This document shows, in pieces, positions 1 to 10,010 of a stretch of 64,000 bases of DNA. Every line of letters begins with the position of its first letter. The first letter of the stretch is position 1. The DNA lies in assembly GCA_964467655.1 (NCBI GenBank), contig CAYXSN010000005.1, positions 16,920-80,919 of the forward strand, read 5' to 3'. Both the position numbers and the translations under genes were made by a program. The notes beneath the pieces are model-generated. The model saw only the letters and a list, made by a program, of their open reading frames with translations. It searched no databases and was not told the DNA's origin. The stretch is from an uncultured Candidatus Saccharimonadales bacterium (GTDB lineage: Bacteria > Patescibacteriota > Saccharimonadia > UBA4664).

Positions 1-374
1 AGACTCTTGTTTCTGTATTGGTACTTGTTACAGCCATGCTGCTAGTAGTGCCGTCGATAGTGGTACATGTATTGGCAATTATTCCAGCGGCTTTTGCCTT
101 TGGCGTATCAATAACGCCCCTAATCGCAACCGCTCAAAAGTTTGTAGATGAAAAATTCCACTCTACTGTGCTATCGGTTGTTTCACTCATTCAATACATG
201 GTTTACGGCATAGGCTCACTATATGTCAGTATTATGATCGATAGACTCGGTATCGGCGCCACCAGGAAAATTCTGCTATTTGAGGCCATAGTGGCTACGA
301 TCCTGATACTGACTGCATATGTTAGCCGCCGCCAAAACGACATAATTGTCACTTCTCCAGAGCAACTGCAATGA
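1..374 (+). CDS. MFS-type transporter, C-terminal part (5' end outside window)
   Basis: Open frame with four hydrophobic helices; pattern typical of MFS C-terminal TMs. Confidence 0.55.
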   Translation, partial: TLVSVLVLVTAMLLVVPSIVVHVLAIIPAAFAFGVSITPLIATAQKFVDEKFHSTVLSVVSLIQYMVYGIGSLYVSIMIDRLGIGATRKILLFEAIVATILILTAYVSRRQNDIIVTSPEQLQ

Positions 375-491
375 CGCCTGCAATAAGCCATTGGCAGTAA
401 AGCAGCTTTTGAGAGCAACCTGTATAATCAGTACTGTAAAAACGCCATAATTCTCCACGATAAATCAGGTAAAGAAAAATATTACAACCCC

Positions 492-881
492 ATGAACACC
501 ATCGTCATCACCACCACCCTCCCGCTGTGGCGAGCAGCGCAGGAAACAGGTGCCTACACGCAATCAACCGTCGATTCCACCCTAGAGGAGGTTGGGTTCA
601 TCCATGCCACATTCCCTGATCAAACTATGGCCATGATCAAACGGAAACAGATAAACATCCCAGGCCTAATGCTGTTATTGGTAGACACTACCAAGCTGAC
701 CTCGCCACGAAAGATCGAGCAGTCGCTCAGCGGGAGCGGCGTGGCCTATCCGCATATCTACGGCCCAATCAATCTTGATGCAGTGTCCGAAATTATCCCC
801 ATTGCCCAAGACAACGATGGCAACTACATTGAGCCGCCCCAACTATCCGCCGCCCGACTACAACACGCAGGTGACCACTGA
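492..881 (+). CDS. DUF952 domain protein
   Basis: GFIH and YPHIYGPINLDAV motifs. Confidence 0.85.
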   Translation: MNTIVITTTLPLWRAAQETGAYTQSTVDSTLEEVGFIHATFPDQTMAMIKRKQINIPGLMLLLVDTTKLTSPRKIEQSLSGSGVAYPHIYGPINLDAVSEIIPIAQDNDGNYIEPPQLSAARLQHAGDH

Positions 882-1291
882 TGGCCGTCCAAATCGCCGA
901 CGCCATTATCACCAAAGATAACCTTGTCCTACTGGTTCAGCAGCGCAAACAGGTAGCGTACGGTCTCTGGAGCTTCCCTGGCGGGCATGTTGAAGCCGGG
1001 GAGACGCTTGAGCAAGCCGTCAGGCGCGAGGTGCAAGAAGAAATTGGCGCCGGGTTGCAGCACCCTAAGTTCTTCAAAACGTATCCAATATCGACACCGC
1101 GCGGCCAATTGGAAATCAACTCGTTCACCGGCCAGATCAATGGCGAAATCACCCTCAAACATGATGAACTCATGGCCTTCGGCTGGTTCAGCATCGATTC
1201 ACTTGAAACCATGAAAGCTGCCCTGCGAACAGAATTAGTATTACAGCAAGCGCGAGAGGTGCTGGCTGCTCGGGCAGGCCATAATGACTAA
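881..1291 (+). CDS. NUDIX hydrolase
   Basis: Nudix box GGHVEAGETLEQAVRREVQEEIG. Confidence 0.92.
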   Translation: MAVQIADAIITKDNLVLLVQQRKQVAYGLWSFPGGHVEAGETLEQAVRREVQEEIGAGLQHPKFFKTYPISTPRGQLEINSFTGQINGEITLKHDELMAFGWFSIDSLETMKAALRTELVLQQAREVLAARAGHND

Positions 1292-1475
1292 CCGCCCTTA
1301 CACCACCTTATTCCTACTCCAATCACTCGATGGCAAAATTTCCACCGGCGCCACCGACGAACGCGATTTCGACAAGGACCTGCCATTGCTCCCGGGCGTC
1401 AAAGACGGCCTGCACCAGTACCGTGTTATTACCGACCAAGCAATAGGCGTAAACTCAAGCGTGCCCATCCTATGA
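1284..1475 (+). pseudogene. Truncated RibD-C/dihydrofolate-reductase-like reductase fragment
   Basis: RPYTTLFLLQSLDGKISTG is the RibD_C N-terminal motif, but the ORF is only 63 aa. Confidence 0.65.
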
Positions 1476-2050
1476 AAGAGCTAGCCGGAAGTATCGCCAT
1501 CGCACTGTCCATAATTGGGTATGTTCCCTACCTACGCGATATTTTTCGGGGCAAAACTAAGCCCCACGCTTTTTCATGGATTGTTTGGACACTGATCACC
1601 TTTATTGTTGGTGCGGCGCAACTGGCAGCCGGAGCAGGCTGGGGGACCGTGCATAATCTGGCAACCGGCGTTATCTGTCTCGTGATTGTGTATGCCGCCA
1701 TCAAAAACAAAGACAAAGACATCAAACGCATCGACATCTTGTTATTTTGTGCCGCCCTGATGGCTATCCCGTTATGGGTATTCGCCAGAAATCCCGTCTA
1801 CTCAATCATCCTGATCACAATCATTGATATCCTGGCTTTCCTGCCAACCTTCCGAAAAACCTGGCACAATCCAGGCAGCGAAACCCTTAGTAGTTACGCT
1901 ATCGCCGGCATCAAGTACGGCGTTTCGCTCGTGGCCATCGCTACGTATGACGTGGCAACGCTGGTATATCCCATAGCTCTCATAGCCATGAATATCGGGA
2001 TAGTAAGTATCATGCTGTTTCGCCATCCTAGAGCAGAGCCTAAGTCATGA
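1472..2050 (+). CDS. Integral membrane protein (PQ-loop-like CPR family)
   Basis: About 7 TMs; repeated YVPY..IFRGKTKP and FLPTFRKTW.NP.SE motifs. Confidence 0.7.
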   Translation: MKELAGSIAIALSIIGYVPYLRDIFRGKTKPHAFSWIVWTLITFIVGAAQLAAGAGWGTVHNLATGVICLVIVYAAIKNKDKDIKRIDILLFCAALMAIPLWVFARNPVYSIILITIIDILAFLPTFRKTWHNPGSETLSSYAIAGIKYGVSLVAIATYDVATLVYPIALIAMNIGIVSIMLFRHPRAEPKS

Positions 2051-2334
2051 ACACGCCAACGCCTAACAGCGAATCCCGAACCCAATTAACAGCCAAGCTC
2101 GCCCAGGCAGCCCAGCAAGTAACCGTGGGCGCCCGTTACCGGCATTACAAGAATCAGACCTATACCGTAATCGGTCTGGCCCTCCGCGAAGCCAATAGCG
2201 AACCCTGCGTGATCTACCGGGCAGACTACGACCAAAACCTAACCTGGATCCGTCCAGTCGCCAATTGGATCGAGTCAGTTACCGTTGATGGCGCAACCGT
2301 GCCAAGGTTTGTCATAGAGACCACCGACAGTTAA
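2047..2334 (+). CDS. DUF1653 domain protein
   Basis: GARYRHYK...Y.V...VIY...WIRP...W motif. Confidence 0.88.
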   Translation: MNTPTPNSESRTQLTAKLAQAAQQVTVGARYRHYKNQTYTVIGLALREANSEPCVIYRADYDQNLTWIRPVANWIESVTVDGATVPRFVIETTDS

Positions 2335-2770
2335 AACCACGTCGACAGCTTATACCGCTTATATTCCTGACCAAATGTGGCTTGTAGAAGCTTTTCTTCG
2401 CGACGGATGCGCAGCAGCTCAAGCGCTATCAGGAAGACGAGAGCGCCATACATCAACTCAGAACCGCTAAACAAGCACAAGCCAACCACTGCCAGCACTG
2501 AGGCATAGTATACGGGGTGCCGAAACTTTGAGTACAAGCCAGTAGTCACCAGAGCCATTGCCTTGGGCGCAATGCTGAATGAGTTGCCAATTGAATCCTG
2601 GCCACAATCCAGAACCCAAAAGCAACCACCGTCATGAATACACCTACAAGCTGAAGCGGTGTCGGCTGATCCGGCCACGCCCAATAGATATACAGCCCAC
2701 TCACAACAGCGTACAGGCAGGGGACTATCAGCTTATATCGGGTGGTGGCTGAAAGGGTCTTGTTCACCAA
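2331..2770 (-). pseudogene. Isoprenylcysteine carboxyl methyltransferase (PEMT/ICMT) family, frameshifted near 2587
   Basis: N-half ORF ends ...WIVARIQL; C-half continues GNSFSIAP..LVTTGLYSKFRHPVY..EEKLL..FGQEY in another frame; adding one G restores a single frame. Confidence 0.8.
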
Positions 2771-2855
2771 TGCATTATACTAAACGCTATGTGGTTCTGG
2801 TTAGCTATCCTGTCAATGGCCGCGCTGGGGATGAATTAGTTCAAACTTGCTCTCA

Positions 2856-3332
2856 CTAATCAGCCGAACTAGCGCGCTGATCTACCAACCCGCCAAAATA
2901 CGCTCCCCAGTATATCTCTTTACCGTGTTCCAAAATAACCTCCTTGCCAGAATAGGTCGCAAAGTCACCACTAGACACATCGCAATATTCAAGATGACCG
3001 CGAATAAAACTAACCGGGCCACGGAACGGCCGATCAGGATTTGGTTCGCGCAGAGCAAGCCGTAAGAAGTCATACACCTCATGCACGCTCAGTTTAGTAT
3101 CGTGAACCTGCCCATAGTACACCTGCGTCCACACAACACGGCCATGGTATTCGATCACCAAGCACCCGCCATAAGGCTCGCCACCATAAAACGTGTCGAC
3201 CATCTTCCAATCACCATCGGAGAACTCCATGACCTTAGCACCGTTTGGCTGCTTGTTAATAGCCGCCGTACTGAAGGCATGAGGTTGCTGTGACAGTATG
3301 TAGAAACGCTTAAGGTCTTCAATATTTACCAT
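2856..3332 (-). CDS. DUF5680 domain protein
   Basis: D.FYGGEPYGG, VW..YYG, FLR.AL..PFRGP, G.E.I motifs. Confidence 0.75.
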   Translation of the reverse strand: MVNIEDLKRFYILSQQPHAFSTAAINKQPNGAKVMEFSDGDWKMVDTFYGGEPYGGCLVIEYHGRVVWTQVYYGQVHDTKLSVHEVYDFLRLALREPNPDRPFRGPVSFIRGHLEYCDVSSGDFATYSGKEVILEHGKEIYWGAYFGGLVDQRASSAD

Positions 3333-3376
3333 AACGAAACTTCTCCTCTAATATTTCTACTCCAAAGCAAATTAGC

Positions 3377-4036
3377 TCAAAGCTGGTGCGACTGGCCAGG
3401 ATCAAGCACCACGACCCGGCTACCTTGAACATGAGCCTTCAAGCGAGCTGGATCAGCCGAGATTATCGGCCAGGTATTGTAGTGGATCGGAATAACCAGC
3501 TTTGGCGCCAGCAGCTCAACAGCCAGAGCCGCCGCTGCCACGTCCATGGTGTAGCGGCCGCCAATGGGCAATAATGCCACATCCAACGGACCAAAAAGCT
3601 TCGGTATTAGCGCCATATCCCCAAACAACCCCGTATCACCCGCATGATAGACCCGCTTGCCTTCCAGATTCACGACTACACCACAGGGATCACCGTGGCT
3701 AGCACTATGAATCGCCGGCGTGAACGAAAAGCTGACGCCATCATGGGCAATTGTTCCGCCGATATTGCCGCCTTCCACTCGCACATCACCAGCTGCCACA
3801 TCATCCCGAATTGTATTCTCGTGAATGCCGACAATCACAGCATGATCGCGCTGAGCAAGAGCCAGTGCATCCCCAAAATGATCGTTATGATCATGAGTCA
3901 CCACCACGTAATCGACGTGTGGCAGGTCACTGAGCTGAGTTGAAGCTTGCGGGTTACCAGTAATAAACGGATCGATAATAATGCGCTTGCCGCCCTCAAG
4001 CAGAACAGCTGCGTGGCCTAATCGTGTAATCTTCAT
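3377..4036 (-). CDS. Metal-dependent hydrolase, MBL fold (UPF0173)
   Basis: MKITRLGH start, IDPF, THDHNDH, HAGDT, LPIGG, IPIHY; start moved to ATG 4036. Confidence 0.92.
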   Translation of the reverse strand: MKITRLGHAAVLLEGGKRIIIDPFITGNPQASTQLSDLPHVDYVVVTHDHNDHFGDALALAQRDHAVIVGIHENTIRDDVAAGDVRVEGGNIGGTIAHDGVSFSFTPAIHSASHGDPCGVVVNLEGKRVYHAGDTGLFGDMALIPKLFGPLDVALLPIGGRYTMDVAAAALAVELLAPKLVIPIHYNTWPIISADPARLKAHVQGSRVVVLDPGQSHQL

Positions 4037-4099
4037 ACAACTAGTATACGCCAGCGTCGTAAGGCTAACGAACATGAGCAAAAGCATGCTCTTGCATTC

Positions 4100-4122
4100 A
4101 ACTATACACTAAGTGTATAGTT
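4100..4122. promoter_or_regulatory. Palindromic operator overlapping the padR promoter
   Basis: Perfect inverted repeat AACTATACAC-TAA-GTGTATAGTT covering -10 TATAGT; -35-like TTGCAT at 4092. Confidence 0.7.
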
Positions 4123-4129
4123 TGGCGTA

Positions 4130-4663
4130 ATGGAAGCACAATACACGATCCTCGGAATTCTCGATACCGGCCCAAACTACGGCTACGCCCTGAAGAAAAT
4201 ACATGACCAGCTATTTGGAGCTGGTCGCAAACTGGCCTACGGGCAGATCTATGCCACACTGTCACGCCTGCTTCGCGACGGCAAGGTGAAACCGTCGGCA
4301 GACCGAGAAGAAAGCGGTGGTCCCGACCGGGTCAAGTATGAAATCACGCCCAAAGGTCACACCGATTTTGTCACCTGGCTCGAAACACCAGAAGCTCCAA
4401 CGCCCCATTTGCAAGCAACACTCTATATCAAAACCGTCTTAGCTATCATCCGTGATGGTGAGGCCGCCGCCTATCTGGAGGCGCAACGCCGGACCCACCT
4501 AGCCCGTATGCGCAGCCTCACGGCGCAGCGCCAAACCGTACCGCTCGCTGAACGGTTGCTCATTGACCATGCCCTCTACCACCTGGAAGCAGATTTACGC
4601 TGGATCGACATAACCACCAACCGCTTAACTCAACTCAAGGAGGAATTATGCCAAAACCGGTAA
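4130..4663 (+). CDS. PadR family transcriptional regulator
   Basis: YGYALKK, GQIYATLSRL, YEIT..G; C-terminal HLEADLRW. Confidence 0.92.
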   Translation: MEAQYTILGILDTGPNYGYALKKIHDQLFGAGRKLAYGQIYATLSRLLRDGKVKPSADREESGGPDRVKYEITPKGHTDFVTWLETPEAPTPHLQATLYIKTVLAIIRDGEAAAYLEAQRRTHLARMRSLTAQRQTVPLAERLLIDHALYHLEADLRWIDITTNRLTQLKEELCQNR

Positions 4664-5325
4664 TAATTGAGGCTAGAAATGTCAAAAAAGCATTTGGCAC
4701 TACCCATGCGCTGGGCGGCATTGACCTCTCGGTGGCAGCCGGCGAAGTGCTGGCCATTATGGGGCCAAGTGGTAGCGGCAAGTCAACACTCCTGCACAGC
4801 CTGGCGGCCATTACGGCCATTGACGAAGGAGAGATATACCTAAACAATCTGCGCATCGACACCCTCAGTGACGAAAAGCGCAGCGTTCTGAGGCGCACAA
4901 CCTTTGGCTTCGTCTTCCAGTTTAGCCAGCTCGTGCCGGAATTAACCGCCGAAGACAATGTCGCGCTGCCGCTGTTACTCAATGGCGTGAACCGGGAGCA
5001 GGCCTATGCCACCGCAAACCACTGGATGAACAATGTTGGGCTCAAAGGCAAAGCCGCCCGCCTATCCGGCGAACTCTCAGGCGGCGAGGCACAACGAACC
5101 GCTATCGCCCGGGCCATGATTATCAAGCCCACGGTCATCTTCGCCGACGAACCAACCGGATCGCTCGATAGCCTAAACAGCGAACACATTATGGATTTGT
5201 TTGTGCAAACCGCCAAAGATCATGGAACAACCGTTATCCTTGTAACCCATGAGCCCATGATCGCCGCCTATGCCGATCGGGAAGTAACCGTACGCGACGG
5301 GCAAATTGTGAGGTCATCACGATGA
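4648..5325 (+). CDS. ABC transporter ATP-binding protein (LolD/MacB-like)
   Basis: [24 protein letters not shown]. Confidence 0.95.
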   Translation: MPKPVIIEARNVKKAFGTTHALGGIDLSVAAGEVLAIMGPSGSGKSTLLHSLAAITAIDEGEIYLNNLRIDTLSDEKRSVLRRTTFGFVFQFSQLVPELTAEDNVALPLLLNGVNREQAYATANHWMNNVGLKGKAARLSGELSGGEAQRTAIARAMIIKPTVIFADEPTGSLDSLNSEHIMDLFVQTAKDHGTTVILVTHEPMIAAYADREVTVRDGQIVRSSR

Positions 5326-7562
5326 GCGTTGCCTGGCTCGTATTTGCCCGGTCATTTCGGCAATCCTGGAAACGCTTTGCGTTACTGGCAGCCGCTATCT
5401 CGCTTGGGGTCGCCATGGTTCTGGTATTTCTGGCCGCAATGCATGGCCTCCAGGCCCGCAATGCCCATCAAACATGGCGTTCGCAGTTGTTTGCCGCCAT
5501 CCAACAGCAGCAAGCGCCCATACATGGCATCGACCCGCTCATCGCCGCCACCTGGGTGCCTGGTAACCTTAACCAGTGGCAAAACCAGACCATCTGGATA
5601 ACATCACTCTATGCCACCGGCAGCACGAGCCCGCACGTACCAGATATTCCGACACCCCAGCCGGGCGAATACTACGTTTCGCCTGCCTTAGATAAGCTGA
5701 TGCACGACCATCCAGAGGCCAGTTTGGGCGCGCGTTTTGGCACGCGACAATTGGGCGTCCTGCCCGAAAAACTAGCCACTTCGCCGGACTCGCTCGACGT
5801 CATTCGGGGCATGTCAAAAACCGAAGTCGAGTCGGGAGCCATTGGGAGGGAGGGCGGCCCAATCCCGCGTATCTACTCGCTACCATCAGCTGCCAATAGC
5901 ACGCCAGGCATTGGCTACGTCGGCATAATGAAATATGTGGTGATACTCGGAATTGTTATCTTACTCTTTCCAGTTTTTCTCTTCATATCGATTGCCGTTC
6001 AGCTTGGCAGCGCCCAACGCGAACAACGATACGCGGCACTCCGGCTCATTGGCGCCACCCGTGCCCAAATCCGCGGAATTATTGCCGTCGAGTCATTGAT
6101 TTCAGGCATGGTTGGCATTGTACTAGGTAGTGGTATCTATGCAGCCGCACGACTCTGGCTAACCGAATTCCGATTGAGCGATCTACGATTCTGGCCAGCG
6201 GACCTAACGGTCAGCCCCTACCAGTACCTGCTCGTTACCTGCGCCACCCTTGCCGTCACGGTCATAGCGAGCTGGTGGGGGATGCGACAGGTGAATGCCT
6301 CACCTCTGAGTGTCCGGCTGCGTAGCCGCCCCGATAAGCAGCCTCACTGGTGGCGCCTCATACCATTGGTTGTGGGATTTGGAACCTTTGCCACCGCCTA
6401 TGTTCTAACAAAAAAAGATTCTGCTTCAAATAGCACGCTGGAACTACTCATCGCTGCGATTCTCACTATTATGGTTGGTATCGTGCTCAGCGGAACCTGG
6501 CTAACCAGTGGCATAGCCCGGCTCGCAGCCCGCCTAACCAGGCATGCACCCGTATTGCTAGGCGCCAAACGTATCGCCACACGGCCGCGGCAAACATTCC
6601 GGGCGGTGAGCGGCGTAGTAGTCGCCCTGTTTGCCGGTAGCTTCTACCTAACGGCCGTCAGCGGCATGGCAAACTATACCGCAGCCAGCGTACAGCAAAA
6701 CGGCTACTCAAGATTGCACGACAACACCGCGTTCATCAGCTCGAGTACTCTGCCCGACAACTTCGCGGAAACCTTGCACCGCCAGAAGTACATCTCGGCC
6801 GTTACGCCGGTTCAGCAACTACGTTACTCAGTGAGCATCATGCCATGCCCTGTGCTGTCGACTTACACAACCCGCAGCTGCCCCGGCAACAACAACCAGC
6901 TATTCGCAGCCATAAACCTCGACGCTCCGGCTACCGAACAGCCCGGGCTTGGCGCCACGGTCCCGGAGGCCATTCAAAATGCCGGCATCGATGTTGGTGA
7001 CGGCAGCCAGGTGGTGTACGACAACAGTTACTTCGTAACTCTAACGTCGACCAGCGCCATTGAACAATTACGCAGCCTAGTACTGGCAAATAGCCAAGGC
7101 CTCATGGCTAACACGCAGCTCGTGGTGAGCGGAACATATGCTAAGCAGGCCATCATGCCGCCCGAGATCCGCGAGTTATCGGGCATAACGTATGTGGGAA
7201 TAATTGTTACGATGCTCATAGCTATTGGCAGCTTCCTGGTATCAACTATTGGCGGCTTGCTTGAACGTCAGCGTTCCTTATTCACGCTGCGGCTCAGCGG
7301 TATGACGATCAAACAATTACGGCAGATGGTTATCATTGAAGCACTCGTGCCCCTGGTTCTAACGTCGGTTCTGTCTGCTGCCATCGGCGTGGCGGTCGGC
7401 TATATGTTTATGAACATGGTGTCAAAAAGCCTCGACGCCGTTATAACGCCCCTCTATATCTGGGTGGTAGCTGGTTCGCTCGTAGCTGCGACACTCGCGA
7501 TATACAGCTTATTGCCAATCCTCAAGCGGCTAACAGATCTTGAGTCAAACCGTACCGAGTAA
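5322..7562 (+). CDS. FtsX-like ABC permease
   Basis: Two FtsX repeats (AALRLIGAT; FTLRLSGMT), multiple TMs, coupled to the ATPase. Confidence 0.88.
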   Translation: MSVAWLVFARSFRQSWKRFALLAAAISLGVAMVLVFLAAMHGLQARNAHQTWRSQLFAAIQQQQAPIHGIDPLIAATWVPGNLNQWQNQTIWITSLYATGSTSPHVPDIPTPQPGEYYVSPALDKLMHDHPEASLGARFGTRQLGVLPEKLATSPDSLDVIRGMSKTEVESGAIGREGGPIPRIYSLPSAANSTPGIGYVGIMKYVVILGIVILLFPVFLFISIAVQLGSAQREQRYAALRLIGATRAQIRGIIAVESLISGMVGIVLGSGIYAAARLWLTEFRLSDLRFWPADLTVSPYQYLLVTCATLAVTVIASWWGMRQVNASPLSVRLRSRPDKQPHWWRLIPLVVGFGTFATAYVLTKKDSASNSTLELLIAAILTIMVGIVLSGTWLTSGIARLAARLTRHAPVLLGAKRIATRPRQTFRAVSGVVVALFAGSFYLTAVSGMANYTAASVQQNGYSRLHDNTAFISSSTLPDNFAETLHRQKYISAVTPVQQLRYSVSIMPCPVLSTYTTRSCPGNNNQLFAAINLDAPATEQPGLGATVPEAIQNAGIDVGDGSQVVYDNSYFVTLTSTSAIEQLRSLVLANSQGLMANTQLVVSGTYAKQAIMPPEIRELSGITYVGIIVTMLIAIGSFLVSTIGGLLERQRSLFTLRLSGMTIKQLRQMVIIEALVPLVLTSVLSAAIGVAVGYMFMNMVSKSLDAVITPLYIWVVAGSLVAATLAIYSLLPILKRLTDLESNRTE

Positions 7563-7780
7563 TCGATTTTCAACTTGCAAGTTCCCTCCATGCCGCAGTA
7601 GCTTCTGGAATACTGCCCAAAGCCTGGTACCAACTATCCGCCTACCATGGTAGTTTAGGATACAAGCTAACCCGCAAAGTCAGAGACTAATCCATTATTA
7701 GCCCAAAAATTTATGAATAGTACCAAAGTATGTAGGTTCACTGTCGTATACCATGACCAGGTAACGATAAGGAGTAAACT

Positions 7781-8005
7781 ATGGCACACACCGAAGACGA
7801 CACCGACATCACCGATATGGAAATGCCCGAGCAAGGAGACCAGTTCTACGAAAGCCTTGATAACATGGGCATCGACCAGCTCAAGGACAAGGCCACAGAA
7901 CTAGGAGTCACCGACACAACGGGCATGGGGAAGGCCGAGCTCATCAACGCAATTGAAGAGCTAACTCCAGCCAACGGCCGTTCACCCGATATTCCGAGTA
8001 TGTAA
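7781..8005 (+). CDS. Small acidic protein with Rho-N-like helical domain
   Basis: AAGGAG SD; L..M....LKDKATELGV....MGKAELINAI pattern. Confidence 0.7.
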   Translation: MAHTEDDTDITDMEMPEQGDQFYESLDNMGIDQLKDKATELGVTDTTGMGKAELINAIEELTPANGRSPDIPSM

Positions 8006-8026
8006 AGACTGCTGCCTTAGCCAGCA

Positions 8027-8060
8027 CACTCAGGCCCCGCTTTCAGGCGGGGCCTGAGTG
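8027..8060. terminator. 14-bp GC-rich hairpin, probable terminator
   Basis: CACTCAGGCCCCGC-TTTCAG-GCGGGGCCTGAGTG. Confidence 0.7.
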
Positions 8061-8100
8061 ACTATAATAACTACAATTCATCACGAAAGAGGAAGCGCCC

Positions 8101-8562
8101 ATGGCTCAACACATCACCCCCAATCTCTGGTTTGACGGCAATGCCGAAGAAGCCGTCAACTATTACGTTTCGGTTTTTCCCAATAACCGCATCAACGCCA
8201 CGCACTATTACCCCAAAACCGCCGAAGAGGGGCTGGGCGATTTCCAAAAAGATCTGGCCGGCCAAGTACTCACCATCGATTTTACCCTCAACGGCCTGAA
8301 TTTTGTGGCCATCAATGCCGGACCCGACTTTAAATTCAACGAAGCCGTTTCCTTTAGCATTGCCTGCAAAGACCAGGCTGAGATCGACTATTACTGGGAA
8401 AAGCTATCAAAGGTCCCCGAGTCGGAGCAATGTGGCTGGTGCAAAGACCAATATGGCTTGAGTTGGCAGGTAGTACCAGCGAATATGGACAAGCTCATGG
8501 ATAAACCAACTGCTTTTGCCAATCTTATGGAGATGCACAAAATCGTGATTGCCGACCTGTAG
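8101..8562 (+). CDS. VOC family protein (PhnB/3-demethylubiquinone-9 methyltransferase-like)
   Basis: ITPNLWFDGNAEEA, FNEAVSF, QCGWCKDQYGLSWQVVP. Confidence 0.92.
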   Translation: MAQHITPNLWFDGNAEEAVNYYVSVFPNNRINATHYYPKTAEEGLGDFQKDLAGQVLTIDFTLNGLNFVAINAGPDFKFNEAVSFSIACKDQAEIDYYWEKLSKVPESEQCGWCKDQYGLSWQVVPANMDKLMDKPTAFANLMEMHKIVIADL

Positions 8563-8623
8563 GCCAACCTATAATTGTTACGCTTTTTGTGGTATGCTAT
8601 GTCCAACAAGCTAAAAAACACAT

Positions 8624-10009
8624 ATGGACATACTCATCAAATACCTCAAACTTGTCCGCAAACGCATCTGGCACGTCTCATCGGCTTTTCTGACTATTAG
8701 CCTGTTACTTGGTTGGCCGCACAGTGTCCAAGCCGGCATTTACTCCATCAGGGTGATCCCGTCGGTAACCCAAGCTACCACCGGTACCACATTTACGGTC
8801 TATTTACAGGCCAATATGGTGGTTGATCAATATGCCACCGGCTACATCAAAGGCGCCGTGACCTACCCAGCAGATCTGGTACAGCTACAAAGTGTAGTAG
8901 TCAATGAGTACCCGCTAGCCAGTTACACCGCCACCAGCCCCGGCCAGATTACCGTTTCATCACCAGATAAGGGGACCGGTAACGGCTACGGTGGCCAACA
9001 GAAGATTATCACGGCCACCTTCAAAGCCATCGCCGGTGGTACTGCCACCTTTTCGGTCAACAACGGCACCACCAGTGGCGTCATGATCGTCAACGGCACC
9101 AATCATGTAGTGGTGGCCGGTACCGTCAATTTGATCGGCTGCGCACCTGGTACTACCGGCACCTATCCTAATTGCACCACACCCACCCCACTACCGACCA
9201 CCACTCCTGTCACAGCAACCGCACCTAAAACAACAGTCGTACCAAGCGCCACAGCCGGCACCACCTCAGCACCCACCGGCTCAGTCACGAGCAGTACGCA
9301 AACCGCTGGCAGTCGCTACGGCCAGATCGATGCGGTACTCGACACATGCCTAACGCAAACCCTGGGAACCAACGCCTACCAGGAGTTGACAAAGCTGCAG
9401 GCTCGCCTAACCTATACGGACATCACCAAGGCCCAAACTTGTTTCGCTCAACGCAAGTCTGTCGTTCCGGCCATCATTGCGCCCGTAGAGCCCACAAAAA
9501 TAAAAGAATTGCCCGTCAAGGATAGTATTAAGGTAGAAAAAGTCGACCAAACCACCCAAAACAACACCACGATCCTCAAGTTTTCAGGCAAAGCAGCTCC
9601 CAACCAAACGGTGGTCATATACCTGTTCTCGGACCCCTTAGTACTCATAGCCAAGGCTGACCAAGACGGCACATGGTCATACCAATTGGAAGACCCAATG
9701 GAGCCAGGCAGTCACGAAGCTTACGTCACCGTCGAAGGCAGCGGTAACGAACCAGCCGTTCGATCAGCCGGCATCAACTTCGCCATTGTGGCAGCCCCCA
9801 AAACCGCCCTGAACCCTACAGGTTTAAGCCTGAATCTCGAAACAACCAGTGACTCCAAGAATTTTGTAAACCTCTATGTCGCCGGCGCAGTCATTGTTAC
9901 GCTGGGCGCCCTCGCCTTCAGCCTGAGATATATCCGCCGCCGCACATCCAAGCCGGTAACAGTGGGTATCGGCTTGACAGGATCACAGCTAACCAACGAA
10001 GACAACTAA
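8624..10009 (+). CDS. Surface protein: signal peptide, cohesin-like domain, Thr/Pro linker, Ig-like domain, C-terminal TM anchor
   Basis: AxA-type signal; TFTVYL..TFKAIAGGTATF; FSGKAAPN...ADQDGTWSY...PGSH; TM followed by RRR. Confidence 0.7.
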   Translation: MDILIKYLKLVRKRIWHVSSAFLTISLLLGWPHSVQAGIYSIRVIPSVTQATTGTTFTVYLQANMVVDQYATGYIKGAVTYPADLVQLQSVVVNEYPLASYTATSPGQITVSSPDKGTGNGYGGQQKIITATFKAIAGGTATFSVNNGTTSGVMIVNGTNHVVVAGTVNLIGCAPGTTGTYPNCTTPTPLPTTTPVTATAPKTTVVPSATAGTTSAPTGSVTSSTQTAGSRYGQIDAVLDTCLTQTLGTNAYQELTKLQARLTYTDITKAQTCFAQRKSVVPAIIAPVEPTKIKELPVKDSIKVEKVDQTTQNNTTILKFSGKAAPNQTVVIYLFSDPLVLIAKADQDGTWSYQLEDPMEPGSHEAYVTVEGSGNEPAVRSAGINFAIVAAPKTALNPTGLSLNLETTSDSKNFVNLYVAGAVIVTLGALAFSLRYIRRRTSKPVTVGIGLTGSQLTNEDN

Positions 10010-10010
10010 C

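Noticed and set aside
214-222. GCTCACTAT half-motif
   Set aside because: It lies inside a coding region and lacks the CCCACCA half; consistent with chance.
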